A stretch of 62,045 nt of DNA from an uncultured Clostridia bacterium (GTDB lineage: Bacteria; Bacillota; Clostridia; Peptostreptococcales; Anaerovoracaceae), in NCBI GenBank assembly GCA_944386585.1, contig CALXBT010000083.1, positions 1 through 62,045 on the forward strand, read 5' to 3'. The position numbers and the translations under genes are program-made. Numbering within the stretch: the first letter of the stretch is position 1; every line of letters begins with the position of its first letter. The notes below the pieces were generated by a model. It was given only the letters and a program-made list of their open reading frames with translations, was not told where the DNA came from and ran no database searches. This document shows positions 29,198 through 39,431 of this stretch, piece by piece.

Positions 29198-29254
29198 CTC
29201 TACTCCTTTTCCCAAAATCCTTTCTGCTTTATTGTCCTGCCGTCTGTCCCCGTT

Positions 29255-29542
29255 TTAATTCAGCATCGTATAAAGGCCAATAAAGGTAAATACATTGACA
29301 ATCACTGCAACCGGAATAAAAAAAACAAATTTTTTCTTTCTCGTCTTATGACGAAAAACCAGCATTCCCAGCAGGCTTCCCGCAGCCCCGAGAAAAAAAG
29401 CACTGCCCAGAAGTGTAGATTCTTTGATTCGCCTTTTCTGCCGTTTAGCGAAAAATTTATCAAGTCCCATCAATAAAAATGTAATTGCATTCCACCCTAT
29501 AAGAATTAGCAGAATCGGATTCATTTCTTTTAAGCTTATCAT
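29255..29542 (-). CDS. DUF1294 family membrane protein
   Basis: 95 aa. MGLDKFFAKRQKRRI.E..L......GG..G...GM..FRHKT.K.KF is the DUF1294 pattern. Confidence 0.8.
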   Translation of the reverse strand: MISLKEMNPILLILIGWNAITFLLMGLDKFFAKRQKRRIKESTLLGSAFFLGAAGSLLGMLVFRHKTRKKKFVFFIPVAVIVNVFTFIGLYTMLN

Positions 29543-29725
29543 TTCTTTTCCTGATTTTCTTTTAGCGGTTGTTTCTGTTAAATTTCAAAATTACAGGTCT
29601 TGCAGAAAGTTCCGCCTTTCCCTTTAAATTTCTATGTTATCTAGTTCATTCTATATTTTGTAAAACCGAAGTTTTTCGCCAAGATCGCATGTTTTGCTTA
29701 TCATTTTCATTTATAATAAGACCTA

Positions 29726-29741
29726 TGTTTCATGTGAAACA
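29726..29741. promoter_or_regulatory. parS centromere-like site
   Basis: TGTTTCATGTGAAACA is one mismatch from the Firmicute consensus TGTTNCACGTGAAACA. It lies just downstream of parB. Confidence 0.7.
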
Positions 29742-29769
29742 TAGCCTTAAACACATTGAAATCAATGGA

Positions 29770-30693
29770 TTATTTAAGAGTTTTTAAAAGCTCCAGAAGC
29801 CGCTCAAGCTCATCTCTGCTGTAATACTCTATTTCTATTTTTCCGCGTTTTCCCCTTTCTATCAAATTCACTTTTGTTCCGAAGATTTCCTTCAGATCTT
29901 CTTCGGCGCTGGCCACTTCAATATTCTTCTTTTTTATCCGCAAATCAGAACGCGATGTTTTCTTGCTCTCACCGGAAAGTTTTTCAATTTCCCGGACAGA
30001 AAGACCCTCTTGCGCGGTCCTCTCAGCAAGAGCAAGCTGTTTTTTTTCATCTTTTACTGCTACCAATGCGCGCGCATGTCCCGGCGACAGCATCCCTTCA
30101 GTAATCATATCCTGTATTTTTTCCGGCAGCTTCAGCAGTCTCAGCGCATTAGCAATATACGGACGACTTTTTGATAAACTTTTTGATACCTGCTCCTGCG
30201 TTAGACCATAAGTATCAATCATTTTTTCAATCGCCTGTGCTTCTTCAATCGGATTTAAATCTTCACGCTGCATATTTTCAATAATAGCAAGCAGCATATT
30301 TTGTTCATCTGTCAGTTCTCTTACGAGGCATGGAACAGTTTTCAGTTCTGCCTTTCTTGCCGCACGGTATCTTCTTTCTCCCGCAACAATTTCATAACCC
30401 TTTGCTTTTTTTCTGACAACAATCGGCTGAATGATACCATGCTCTAAAATAGAATTTGCAAGCTCTGCAATCTTATCCTCATCAAAATTTTTGCGCGGCT
30501 GATTTTCATTTGGCTTTATTTCATGAATGTCAATAAAAACAACGCTGTTTTCTGCTGCTTTTCTGTTTTCCTGCTTCTTTATTTCCGATGCTTCGCTTTC
30601 TATGCCGCTTTCCGCAGAGGTTTCTATTTCAACCTCTCCGAACAGAGCTTCCAGCCCTCTTCCAAGTCCTCTGTTTTTTGGTGCTGCCATCAA
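29770..30693 (-). CDS. parB: Chromosome partitioning protein ParB/Spo0J
   Basis: 307 aa. GLGRGLEALF, ParB box IQPIVVRK....YEIVAGERRYRAA, HTH region. Overlaps the parA stop. Confidence 0.93.
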   Translation of the reverse strand: MMAAPKNRGLGRGLEALFGEVEIETSAESGIESEASEIKKQENRKAAENSVVFIDIHEIKPNENQPRKNFDEDKIAELANSILEHGIIQPIVVRKKAKGYEIVAGERRYRAARKAELKTVPCLVRELTDEQNMLLAIIENMQREDLNPIEEAQAIEKMIDTYGLTQEQVSKSLSKSRPYIANALRLLKLPEKIQDMITEGMLSPGHARALVAVKDEKKQLALAERTAQEGLSVREIEKLSGESKKTSRSDLRIKKKNIEVASAEEDLKEIFGTKVNLIERGKRGKIEIEYYSRDELERLLELLKTLK

Positions 30694-31463
30694 TCTTCCT
30701 CCTCAAGCTCAAGAAATTCTTCTGCAAATTCTCTATATGCTTCCGCACCTCTTGATGCCGGGTCGTATTCTGTAATTGGCATTCCGTAGCTCGGCGCTTC
30801 CGCCAGCCTTACATTCCTCGGAATTACTGTTGAATATACTTTGTTTTTGAAATATTTCTTTACCTCTTCCACTACCTGAATCGAAAGATTCGTTCTGCCG
30901 TCAAACATACTGAGAATAACACCCTGAATCTCCAGCTTTGGATTAAAACCTTTTTTTACAAGGTCAATCGTACTCATCAGCTGACTGACACCTTCCAGTG
31001 CATAAAATTCACACTGAATTGGAATAAGAACACTGTCAACTGCCGTCAGAGAATTTATTGTAAGCAGTCCCAGAGACGGAGGACAATCAATAAAGATATA
31101 ATCATACTTTGGTTTTACCTGGTCAAGCGCTTTCTTTAACCGCCGTTCCCTTCCCTCCACCTGTACCATCTCAAGCTCTGCACCGGCTAAGTTCACGCTG
31201 GCAGGAATGATATCGAGATTTTTTACATTTGTTTTCATGATAACGCTTTCAGGCCTTACGGAAGAATCCACAAGGAGTTCATAACTGGTATTTTCAAGCC
31301 CTTTTTTTGTAATTCCCATACCTGTCGTCGTATTTCCCTGCGGATCAATGTCCACAATCAAAACGCGCTTGCCTTTCAGTGAAAGACAGGCCGCCAGATT
31401 GATATTTGTCGTAGTTTTTCCTACGCCGCCCTTTTGATTAAATATTGCAATGGCTTTTCCCAA
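30690..31463 (-). CDS. parA: Chromosome partitioning ATPase ParA/Soj
   Basis: 257 aa. Deviant Walker A NQKGGVGKTT. TTG start 8 nt after GGAGG. Confidence 0.94.
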   Translation of the reverse strand: MGKAIAIFNQKGGVGKTTTNINLAACLSLKGKRVLIVDIDPQGNTTTGMGITKKGLENTSYELLVDSSVRPESVIMKTNVKNLDIIPASVNLAGAELEMVQVEGRERRLKKALDQVKPKYDYIFIDCPPSLGLLTINSLTAVDSVLIPIQCEFYALEGVSQLMSTIDLVKKGFNPKLEIQGVILSMFDGRTNLSIQVVEEVKKYFKNKVYSTVIPRNVRLAEAPSYGMPITEYDPASRGAEAYREFAEEFLELEEED

Positions 31464-31572
31464 AACTTAGTCCTCCCCCGAGTATATATAGATCTCTATT
31501 GTCAGCTTTTCATTACTATAATATTATACAATAGCTATTATTTTTTTTTCACTTTATTTTATAAAAAGAAAA

Positions 31573-31588
31573 TGTTTCACGTGAAAAA
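31573..31588. promoter_or_regulatory. parS centromere-like site
   Basis: TGTTTCACGTGAAAAA is one mismatch from consensus. It overlaps the last codons of the noc-like gene. Confidence 0.7.
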
Positions 31589-32383
31589 TTTTCGCTGTGA
31601 AACATTATTCTTAGGAATGATAATTTTTATTTCTACAAAGCCGTCCTTTTCCTCTTGGAAATATTTGGCATTTTTCTCTACTGTACAAATCTCCCCGAAA
31701 GCTTTGCGAATAGAGTTAACATAAATTTTATAATTGATATAGCAGATTTTATTACTGCGCCGCTTTTCTTCCTCACTCTTCTCCAAAAAATCTTCAATCA
31801 ACTTTTCTGTCTGGCGCACATTAAGTTCGCTGTCCACCACCCGTTTCAGAATGTTCCGCCGAGCTTCTTCGTCAGTTACTTTTAAAAGTGCTCTTGCATG
31901 TCGCTCTGTAAGTTTATTCTCCGCAAGCACTTCCTGAATATCCGGTGGCAAAGTCAAAAGCCTTACTTTATTGGAAATCGTAGATTGTTTTTTTCCGACT
32001 TGCTTGGCAATTTCCTGCTGTGTCAGTCCATGCTCGTCCATCAGATTTTTATAAGCATAGGCTTCTTCTATGTAGCTCAGATTTTCTCGCTGCACATTTT
32101 CCACTAATGCAATAATTGCAGTATTTTTTTCATCCTCTTCCCGAATTACTGCGGGTATTTTTGTAAGTCCCGCAAGTGCAGCGGCCTTTGTACGGCGTTC
32201 TCCTGCAATCAGCATATATTTTCCCAGCTTGTCCCTTTTTACAATAATCGGCTGAATGACTCCGAATTCCTGTATCGATGCGGCAAGTTCCGAAAGTTCT
32301 TCCTCTTGAAAAATTTTACGCGGCTGTGACGGGTTCGCGCAGATCATGCTGAGAGGTATTTCCGTTACCTTTCTTCTGTACAT
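31577..32383 (-). CDS. noc: ParB-family nucleoid occlusion protein (Noc-like)
   Basis: 268 aa ParB paralog (IQPIIVKR....YMLIAGERRTKAA) in the canonical position between rsmG and parA. Confidence 0.75.
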   Translation of the reverse strand: MYRRKVTEIPLSMICANPSQPRKIFQEEELSELAASIQEFGVIQPIIVKRDKLGKYMLIAGERRTKAAALAGLTKIPAVIREEDEKNTAIIALVENVQRENLSYIEEAYAYKNLMDEHGLTQQEIAKQVGKKQSTISNKVRLLTLPPDIQEVLAENKLTERHARALLKVTDEEARRNILKRVVDSELNVRQTEKLIEDFLEKSEEEKRRSNKICYINYKIYVNSIRKAFGEICTVEKNAKYFQEEKDGFVEIKIIIPKNNVSQRKFFT

Positions 32384-32449
32384 ATTTTATCCCCCTTCCT
32401 GACATTATTGTATCACTGCGGGAAATGCAAGGAAATAATTTCTTCTCAA

Positions 32450-32484
32450 CAAAAAACCCCTGTATTCGCTATTTCAGGGGTTCT
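32450..32484 (-). terminator. Intrinsic terminator after rsmG
   Basis: Minus strand AACCCCTGaaatagcgaataCAGGGGTT followed by ttttg. It overlaps the rsmG stop. Confidence 0.65.
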
Positions 32485-33179
32485 TTCGACGGAATTCCTG
32501 CTTTTCTCGGATATTTTGCAGGAGTTTGTTTTTCTTTTCTTATATAAATAATTTTGTGATGAAGACCAAGATCCGAAAGCGCCGTTTCCCGCACGCTTTC
32601 TACGCGTCCGCCCAACACTTGAATCGCCGTTCTCGCTTTCGTCAGCTCTTCTTCATAATCCGGTCCTTTATAGGCCAGAAAATAACCTCCCAGCCTGATA
32701 AACGGAAGGCAATATTCAGAAAGCGTTGCCATATTTGCCACTGCACGCGATACGCAGAGATCGTATTTTTCTCTATGCTGCTTGCTTTGCGCCAGCTCCT
32801 CTGCCCTGCTGTGAACAGTCGTTACATTGCGGATTTTCGTTTTTGCGCAAATATCGTCTATTACCTTTAAACGCTTATTCAGAGAATCCATGAGAACAAA
32901 TTGTTTTTGCGGAAATAAAATCGCCAGCGGAACACCGGGAAATCCGGCACCGGTTCCAACATCAATAATATTTTCTGCTTCTTTTACTTCTTGAGCATCC
33001 GCAGCCAGCACAGAATCAATGAAATGTTTTATAATAAAATCTTCCCGCTCAGTGATCGCTGTTAAATTGATTTTCTCATTCCATATAAGCGTCTCTTCCA
33101 TATACTGCCGAAACTGGCTGATCATCGTTTCGGTATAGGAAATGTTCAGCTTTTCAAGCGCGCTTATCAGTTTCTGCAT
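32469..33179 (-). CDS. rsmG: 16S rRNA (guanine527-N7)-methyltransferase
   Basis: 236 aa. SAM motif IIDVGTGAGFPGVPLAI. Canonical position downstream of mnmG. Confidence 0.93.
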   Translation of the reverse strand: MQKLISALEKLNISYTETMISQFRQYMEETLIWNEKINLTAITEREDFIIKHFIDSVLAADAQEVKEAENIIDVGTGAGFPGVPLAILFPQKQFVLMDSLNKRLKVIDDICAKTKIRNVTTVHSRAEELAQSKQHREKYDLCVSRAVANMATLSEYCLPFIRLGGYFLAYKGPDYEEELTKARTAIQVLGGRVESVRETALSDLGLHHKIIYIRKEKQTPAKYPRKAGIPSKEPLK

Positions 33180-33200
33180 TTCAGACTCCTTTCCTAAAAT

Positions 33201-35084
33201 CTATTGTTTTTTCAGACGGCGCTGTTTTTCAAAATAAACAAGCAGCACATTGATGTCGGCCGGCGATACGCCGGAAATCCTAGACGCCTGTCCAAGAGAA
33301 ACCGGCCGAATCTGATTCAGCTTTTGTCTTGCTTCAATCCGGAGACCGTCAATCTCTTCGTAATCGAGATCTTCTGGAAGTTTTCTTCCCTCTAATTTCT
33401 GAAAACGCTCGATCTGCGCCATCTGTTTTCCGATATATCCCTCATATTTTATCTGCACTTCAAGCTGAGTCTGCTCATGCGAAGAAAGCTGCGGCATCTT
33501 ATCGTCTATTTGCGATAAACTTTGATAGTTTATTTGAGGGCGTTTCAGAAGTTCCGCTAAGGTAATTCTATTTTGCAGAGGAGAGGTCCCCATCTCTTCA
33601 AGAAAAACATTGGCCTGCGACGGAGTTACATAAGTTGTTTCCAAGCGCTTCTTTTCTTCTTCAACATGTTTCTTCTTTTCCAAAAAACGGTCATACCGTT
33701 CCTGCGATGCAAGACCAATCCGGTACCCCTTTTCCGTCAGGCGTAGATCTGCATTATCCTGACGAAGCACAAGTCGATATTCGGCCCGTGAGGTCATAAT
33801 CCGATAGGGTTCGTTCGTCCCTTTCGTAACAAGATCATCGATCAATACGCCAATATACGCCTCGCTTCTGTCAAGCACAAAAGGTTCTTTTCCCTGTACT
33901 CTGAGCGCCGCATTGATTCCCGCCATAAGACCTTGTGCTGCTGCCTCCTCATACCCGGAACTGCCGTTAAACTGACCGGCACAGAAAAGATTTTTAATAT
34001 CTCTATATTCTAAATTTGTCCTAAGCTTAAGCGGGTCAATACAGTCGTATTCAATCGCATAAGCCGGCCGTACAATTTCAATATTTTCAAGGCCTGAAAT
34101 CGTCCGGTAAAATTCCCTTTGTACATCCTCCGGCAGACTGCTGCTCATACCCTGAATATATATTTCGTCCGTTTCAAGTCCTTCTGGTTCGATGAAAAGC
34201 TGATGTCTTTGTTTATCAGAAAACCGATTGATCTTATCTTCGATTGACGGGCAGTATCGTGGTCCGATTCCCTCAATTTTTCCGCTGAACAGTGCAGAAC
34301 GATGAAAATTACTGCGGATAACTTCATGCGTTTTGTCATTTGTATAAGTCAGCCAGCAGGAAATCTGCTCTTTTTCCAGTTCGTCGTTTAGAAAAGAAAA
34401 CGGTACAACAACAGGATCACCTTTTTGCTCTATCATTTTTGAATAGTCAAGGCTCTTGGAAAGAGCCCTTGCCGGCGTACCGGTTTTAAACCGCCGCAGC
34501 TCCATGCCATGTTTTCTTAAATTATCGGAAAGCGTTCTTGCCGGTGCAAGTCCGTTCGGTCCGCTTTCATAAGCAGCATCGCCAATAAAAATCTTACCTG
34601 AAAGAAATGTTCCTGTTGCAATAATAACGGCCTTTGCTCTATAAACGGCTCCCGTCTTTAGAACCACTCCTGCCGCCTTCTTTTCCTCCACAATTAAATC
34701 TATCACTTCACCCTGCTTGAGATGAAGTAATTCTTCCGCTTCAATGGTTTTCTTCATTTCGCGGTGATAAAGCTCTTTGTCTGCCTGTGCGCGGAGCGAG
34801 TGAACTGCCGGTCCTTTTGCCATATTAAGCATTCTGCTCTGAATAAAAGTTTTATCAATATTTTTTCCCATTTCACCGCCAAGCGCATCAATCTCCCGCA
34901 CAAGATGCCCTTTTCCTGTTCCGCCGATAGACGGATTGCAGGCCATCATCGCCACCGCTTCCAGCGTAATAGAAAACATCAGTGTCTTGCACCCCATCCG
35001 CGCCGCTGCCAGCGCTGCTTCACAGCCGGCATGACCGGCACCGATTACAATAATATCATACTCATCCATTACAAAATAGCTCAT
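33201..35084 (-). CDS. mnmG: tRNA uridine 5-carboxymethylaminomethyl modification enzyme MnmG (GidA)
   Basis: 627 aa. FAD motif [16 protein letters not shown] and conserved GidA blocks throughout. Confidence 0.97.
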   Translation of the reverse strand: MSYFVMDEYDIIVIGAGHAGCEAALAAARMGCKTLMFSITLEAVAMMACNPSIGGTGKGHLVREIDALGGEMGKNIDKTFIQSRMLNMAKGPAVHSLRAQADKELYHREMKKTIEAEELLHLKQGEVIDLIVEEKKAAGVVLKTGAVYRAKAVIIATGTFLSGKIFIGDAAYESGPNGLAPARTLSDNLRKHGMELRRFKTGTPARALSKSLDYSKMIEQKGDPVVVPFSFLNDELEKEQISCWLTYTNDKTHEVIRSNFHRSALFSGKIEGIGPRYCPSIEDKINRFSDKQRHQLFIEPEGLETDEIYIQGMSSSLPEDVQREFYRTISGLENIEIVRPAYAIEYDCIDPLKLRTNLEYRDIKNLFCAGQFNGSSGYEEAAAQGLMAGINAALRVQGKEPFVLDRSEAYIGVLIDDLVTKGTNEPYRIMTSRAEYRLVLRQDNADLRLTEKGYRIGLASQERYDRFLEKKKHVEEEKKRLETTYVTPSQANVFLEEMGTSPLQNRITLAELLKRPQINYQSLSQIDDKMPQLSSHEQTQLEVQIKYEGYIGKQMAQIERFQKLEGRKLPEDLDYEEIDGLRIEARQKLNQIRPVSLGQASRISGVSPADINVLLVYFEKQRRLKKQ

Positions 35085-35151
35085 ATCCGTCTTATCCTTT
35101 TCTTTTTATCTCTCTGCCGCTTTCAGCCAGCGGGTATTTTTTAAGCCTAAA

Positions 35152-36687
35152 TTATTTTCCCAGGCAAAATCTTGCAAATACTTCGTTAATGATATCGTCC
35201 GTCACCGACTCTCCAATTATCTCTCCCAGTACTGTATAAGACTCTTTAACATCTATTTCAATAATATCAAGCGGTTCTTCTGCTTTTACTGCCGCTTCTG
35301 CATCAGCAAGATATTTCTGCGCACGCCGAAGAAGATCTTCATGACGCGCATTTGTAACAAGCAAACTCTCACCCGGTTTTACGCCGCCGGCATAAACGAG
35401 CGCTTCCACCGCATTTTCAACAGCCTCAATTCCTTCTCCGTATGCAACTGAAGTTTCGATAATCTCTGCCTTCGGCAAAAGTGTTTGCATCTGTGACTTA
35501 GAAATGATTGTCCCTTTGTCTCTCTTATTTAAAACAGCAAGCAGTCTATGTTCTTTCAGAGCACTGATGATTTCCTCATCTTCAGGCGTAAGGCTGCTGC
35601 TTCCGTCAATCATCAGAATAATAAGATCTGCACGGTTTGCCGTCTCCTTGCTTCGTTCAATTCCGATTTTTTCAATTGTATCCTCCGTTTCCCGGATGCC
35701 TGCAGTATCAGTTAATACAACCGGAATATCCCGAATACTTACTTGTTCTTCAATTGTATCCCTTGTGGTTCCAGGAATCTCCGTTACAATCGCGCGGTTT
35801 TCCTTCAGCAGCGCATTCATCAAAGATGATTTTCCTACATTCGGCTTCCCAATAATCGCAACTTTCAGCCCTTCTTTTATCATCCTGCCAGTACCGGCGC
35901 TTTTCAACAGAATTGCAATTTCATCGTCTATTTGCGATAAACTTTGCAAAAGCTCACTGTATACTATTTCCTCAATATCCTCATCCGGATAATCGATATT
36001 TACTGTAATATTAACAAGGGCATCCATGAGATTATTTCTAATTTCGCGGATTTTTTCTGAAAGTCCGCCCTGAAGCTGTGACATTGCTGCATCAAATCCA
36101 GTATCTGTTTTTGCCTTGATTAAGTCAATCACAGCCTCTGCCTGTGATAAATCCAGCCGGCCATTGAGAAATGCACGCTTAGTAAACTCACCGGCTTCTG
36201 CCGGACGCGCCCCGTTTTGAAATATCAATTTCAGCGTTTTACGCAGTGCAACAACACTGCCGTGGCAATAGATCTCTGCAACATTTTCCCGCGTATAAGT
36301 ATAAGGCGCTGCCATTGCTACAGCAAGTACTTCGTCAATCACCTGTCCTGTATGGTTGTCTATGATATATCCATAAGACAGCCTGCGGTTTTCAAGCGGC
36401 AGTCCGCCTGTTTCCGAAATTGCCTGCGGCAAAAACATTTCCTTTTTTCTCTTTTCATAAGCGCCGATAGAAATATCAGCTTCCTCCGTCAGCTTTTCTT
36501 CTGAAGCAACAGGAATATTTCCACTGATATGCTTTCGCACCGGATAAAAAACCTTTTCCAGCACTGCTAATGCGTCGTCACCACTGATTCTGATTATGCC
36601 GATTCCACCCTCCGCAACCGGAGATGCGATTGCAGCAATCGTATCTTCTTTCAAAGCAATTCTCCTTACCTTTTTTGATATATACAT
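35152..36687 (-). CDS. mnmE: tRNA modification GTPase MnmE (TrmE), with an N-terminal-domain insertion
   Basis: 511 aa. DTIAAIASP..EGGIGIIRISG, G-domain GKPNVGKSSL...DTAGIR, C-terminal CLGK. Confidence 0.93.
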   Translation of the reverse strand: MYISKKVRRIALKEDTIAAIASPVAEGGIGIIRISGDDALAVLEKVFYPVRKHISGNIPVASEEKLTEEADISIGAYEKRKKEMFLPQAISETGGLPLENRRLSYGYIIDNHTGQVIDEVLAVAMAAPYTYTRENVAEIYCHGSVVALRKTLKLIFQNGARPAEAGEFTKRAFLNGRLDLSQAEAVIDLIKAKTDTGFDAAMSQLQGGLSEKIREIRNNLMDALVNITVNIDYPDEDIEEIVYSELLQSLSQIDDEIAILLKSAGTGRMIKEGLKVAIIGKPNVGKSSLMNALLKENRAIVTEIPGTTRDTIEEQVSIRDIPVVLTDTAGIRETEDTIEKIGIERSKETANRADLIILMIDGSSSLTPEDEEIISALKEHRLLAVLNKRDKGTIISKSQMQTLLPKAEIIETSVAYGEGIEAVENAVEALVYAGGVKPGESLLVTNARHEDLLRRAQKYLADAEAAVKAEEPLDIIEIDVKESYTVLGEIIGESVTDDIINEVFARFCLGK

Positions 36688-36739
36688 TTCCCCACTGAAA
36701 AAGGCTGCTTCTATTATGAAACAACCTTTTCATCAATCC

Positions 36740-37576
36740 TTATTTGAGTTCAATAATAACCCTTCTGTACGGCTCCTCGCCTTCGCTTCTTGTCGTAACA
36801 TTCGGATTTGCCTGTAAGGTTGCATGAATCACCTTTCTTTCATAAGGATTCATCGGTTCGAGTCTTACACTCTTCTTTGTCCTTATCACCTTATCAGCCA
36901 GCCGTTCAGCCAGTTGTTCCAGCGTCCGTTCTCTCTTAGACCTGTAATTTTCTGCATCCACTACGACTCTGATATATTTTTTATTTTCTCCCTTGTTGAC
37001 AACAAGACTTGTAAGATACTGCACCGCATCAAGCGTCTGGCCTCTTTTTCCGATAATCGTGCCAGAATCTTTGCCGTCAATATCAATATAAATACATTCC
37101 TCGTTCATCATGGCCGTAATGTTAAGCGAAAGCCCCATTTTTTCTGTTACTTCCTTTAGAAAATCAATGGCAGCATGTTCTGCTACCGGAACAAGATTCT
37201 CCGGTCTTTCTTTCGATACTATTTCAACTTTTTTTTCTTTTTCTCTGTGAGCAGGTTTTCTGCTGCTCTTTTCTGAAGATTCCTTTTTTTCCTTTTTCTT
37301 TTCTTCTTTTTCTACTTGCACTGTATCTGTGCCGCTTAAACTCTGCTTCTTTCCAATTTCTTTTCCAGTTTCAAAAGCCGTTTTTTTCTCTGTTTTCGGT
37401 TCAGGCTTTTTCTTTTCTACTCTTACCTTTGCAAGCTTTGACCCAATTCCAAAAAAACCTTTTGTTGGCTGTTCCAAAACAGTTACTTCCACTTCATCTC
37501 TTTCAAGCTTAAGATCAGCTAAGGCAAGTTTCACGGCTTCTTCTATATCCGTTCCCCACTTTTCCGAAAAATCCAT
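36740..37576 (-). CDS. jag: Jag/KhpB RNA-binding protein (Jag_N, KH and R3H domains) with a long K/E-rich linker
   Basis: 278 aa. The C-terminal R3H pattern is LEPMNPYERKVIHATL. Canonical position downstream of yidC. Confidence 0.88.
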   Translation of the reverse strand: MDFSEKWGTDIEEAVKLALADLKLERDEVEVTVLEQPTKGFFGIGSKLAKVRVEKKKPEPKTEKKTAFETGKEIGKKQSLSGTDTVQVEKEEKKKEKKESSEKSSRKPAHREKEKKVEIVSKERPENLVPVAEHAAIDFLKEVTEKMGLSLNITAMMNEECIYIDIDGKDSGTIIGKRGQTLDAVQYLTSLVVNKGENKKYIRVVVDAENYRSKRERTLEQLAERLADKVIRTKKSVRLEPMNPYERKVIHATLQANPNVTTRSEGEEPYRRVIIELK

Positions 37577-37606
37577 TTATCTTTCCTCCAAACGAATCGC
37601 TTTTTA

Positions 37607-38308
37607 TCAGCTATTCTTTTTTACTTTCTCTTTTATTTTACCTTCCTTGATATCTCTTCTTACCTTGTTCAAACGGAAATTAAAGAGTATCTGAACGAGC
37701 GTATTGACAAACCAATAAATTGCAAGTCCGGCCGGAAATGATCTTCCCATATAAACAATCATTACTGGAAATATGTATTTCATAATCTTCATAGACGGTG
37801 CATTTCCGGCTTCCGTTCCGGCCGACTGTGCCTGTGTCTGAGAAAATGATATAAAAGTGGAAATTCCTGCTGCAAGCGGCAGAATCCAAAGATCCGGCTG
37901 TGACAAATCCTGAATCCATAAAAATGAATCATGAACAGCAAGGAGAATTTCCGTACTGTCGCCCATATAAAGAATCGGATTTCTAAGCAATGCAAATAAT
38001 GCAAAAATAATCGGCATCTGAATAAGCATCGGCAGACAGCCGCTCATCGGATTATAATTTTCCTTTTCGTAAAGCTCCATCAGCTTTGCATTCAGCGTTT
38101 CCTTATCATCCTTGTACTTATTCTGAAGTGCCATTACTTTTGGCTGAACATCAGCCATTCTTGCGGTGGATTTGATCTGCCTTGCATAGAGCGGATAAAG
38201 ACAACATTTTACAATAATCGTAAATATAATAATTGAAATGCCGTAGCTCCCTACAAAACCATAAATCAAATTTAAAAGCATCCCTAAAGGTTTTGCTATA
38301 ATTCCCAT
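37607..38308 (-). CDS. yidC: Membrane protein insertase YidC/OxaA
   Basis: 233 aa. MSGCLPMLIQMPIIFALF is the YidC core. Confidence 0.92.
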   Translation of the reverse strand: MGIIAKPLGMLLNLIYGFVGSYGISIIIFTIIVKCCLYPLYARQIKSTARMADVQPKVMALQNKYKDDKETLNAKLMELYEKENYNPMSGCLPMLIQMPIIFALFALLRNPILYMGDSTEILLAVHDSFLWIQDLSQPDLWILPLAAGISTFISFSQTQAQSAGTEAGNAPSMKIMKYIFPVMIVYMGRSFPAGLAIYWFVNTLVQILFNFRLNKVRRDIKEGKIKEKVKKNS

Positions 38309-38327
38309 AATAATTATTCTCCTTCGA

Positions 38328-38537
38328 TTATTTTAAAGGATCGTATCCGCCGGGATTCCACGGATGACACTTTAAAATCCTCTTTATTCCAAGATAAGTA
38401 CCCTTAAGCACACCGTATTTTTCAAGTGCCTGTATAAAATACGAAGAGCATGTCGGGTAAAATCGACAGGTAGCCGGAAAAAAAGGGGAAATAAATTTTT
38501 GATATCCTCTAATGAGCAAAATCATCAATTTCTTCAT
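38328..38537 (-). CDS. yidD: Membrane protein insertion efficiency factor YidD
   Basis: 69 aa. [22 protein letters not shown]. Confidence 0.92.
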   Translation of the reverse strand: MKKLMILLIRGYQKFISPFFPATCRFYPTCSSYFIQALEKYGVLKGTYLGIKRILKCHPWNPGGYDPLK

Positions 38538-38899
38538 TTTGCAGCCTCTTTTTCCTTTTCGCTGTTTTTCATAAGACCCGTCTTTTTTATTGCGGCTTCA
38601 ATTGATTTTTTCACATCCGCACATTTCGAATTCACGATTGTATTTCTGGCAATGAAAATATAATCATAGCCCTGCGGAAAACTATCTGCAAGCGCTCTTA
38701 AGCTTTCTTTCATAAGTCTTCTTGCTCTGTTTCTCTGAACAGCTTTTCCCACTTTTTTAGAAGCTAAAAAAGCCCTTCTGCTATATCCAAGATTATTTTT
38801 CTTGTAAAAAAGCACTATATAGCGCTCTCCAACAGATTTTCCTCTGCTGTAAATGGCAGAAAAATCTTCTTTTCTGCGCAGAACATCTTTCTTAAGCAT
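38534..38899 (-). CDS. rnpA: Ribonuclease P protein component
   Basis: 121 aa and basic. [18 protein letters not shown] is the RnpA motif. 4-nt overlap with yidD. Confidence 0.9.
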   Translation of the reverse strand: MLKKDVLRRKEDFSAIYSRGKSVGERYIVLFYKKNNLGYSRRAFLASKKVGKAVQRNRARRLMKESLRALADSFPQGYDYIFIARNTIVNSKCADVKKSIEAAIKKTGLMKNSEKEKEAAK

Positions 38900-38944
38900 T
38901 TAGATTTCCCTTGTTAAACAACAAAAAGACCACATATGCGGCCC

Positions 38945-39079
38945 TTATGCTGATAACTTCTTTCTTCCTCTTGCTCTTCTTCTCTTAAGCACATTTCTAC
39001 CGTTTTTTGTGCTCATTCTCTTTCTGAAGCCGTGTTCTTTGCTTCTCTGTCTTTTCTTCGGCTGATAAGTCATTTTCAT
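38945..39079 (-). CDS. rpmH: 50S ribosomal protein L34
   Basis: Below the track cutoff. Translation is [44 protein letters not shown]. Confidence 0.95.
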   Translation of the reverse strand: MKMTYQPKKRQRSKEHGFRKRMSTKNGRNVLKRRRARGRKKLSA

Positions 39080-39291
39080 AGGAACTACACCTCCCTTTTA
39101 TTATTTAATTTTATTTCTGCATTTACTATCATTTTGTATGATCTGAATTTCAATCCATACACATATGCTTCATTATTATACATATTTTCTTTAAAAAAGT
39201 CAACGAAAATGAGTCTATTTTTATTCCCATAAATAACCATATTGCTTTAAAAATCAATATCTTGTTGCATATGTGAAAACTTTGCACAATT

Positions 39292-39365
39292 TTGTCCACA
39301 AGTAGTGGATAAGTTCGATAATATTTATTTTTTACGCTTTCTATTTTTTCCTTGCTTGTGGATAA
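39292..39365. promoter_or_regulatory. oriC part 1 / dnaA promoter region with DnaA boxes
   Basis: TTGTCCACA (39292-39300), AGTGGATAA (39304-39312, reverse complement TTATCCACT) and TGTGGATAA (39357-39365, a perfect TTATCCACA on the reverse complement), separated by AT-rich DNA. Confidence 0.8.
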
Positions 39366-39431
39366 CTTTTTTTGTTATGATATAAGTACAAAAAAAGGAC
39401 AAACTGAAAATCAGAATTCAGAGGAAAAAAT

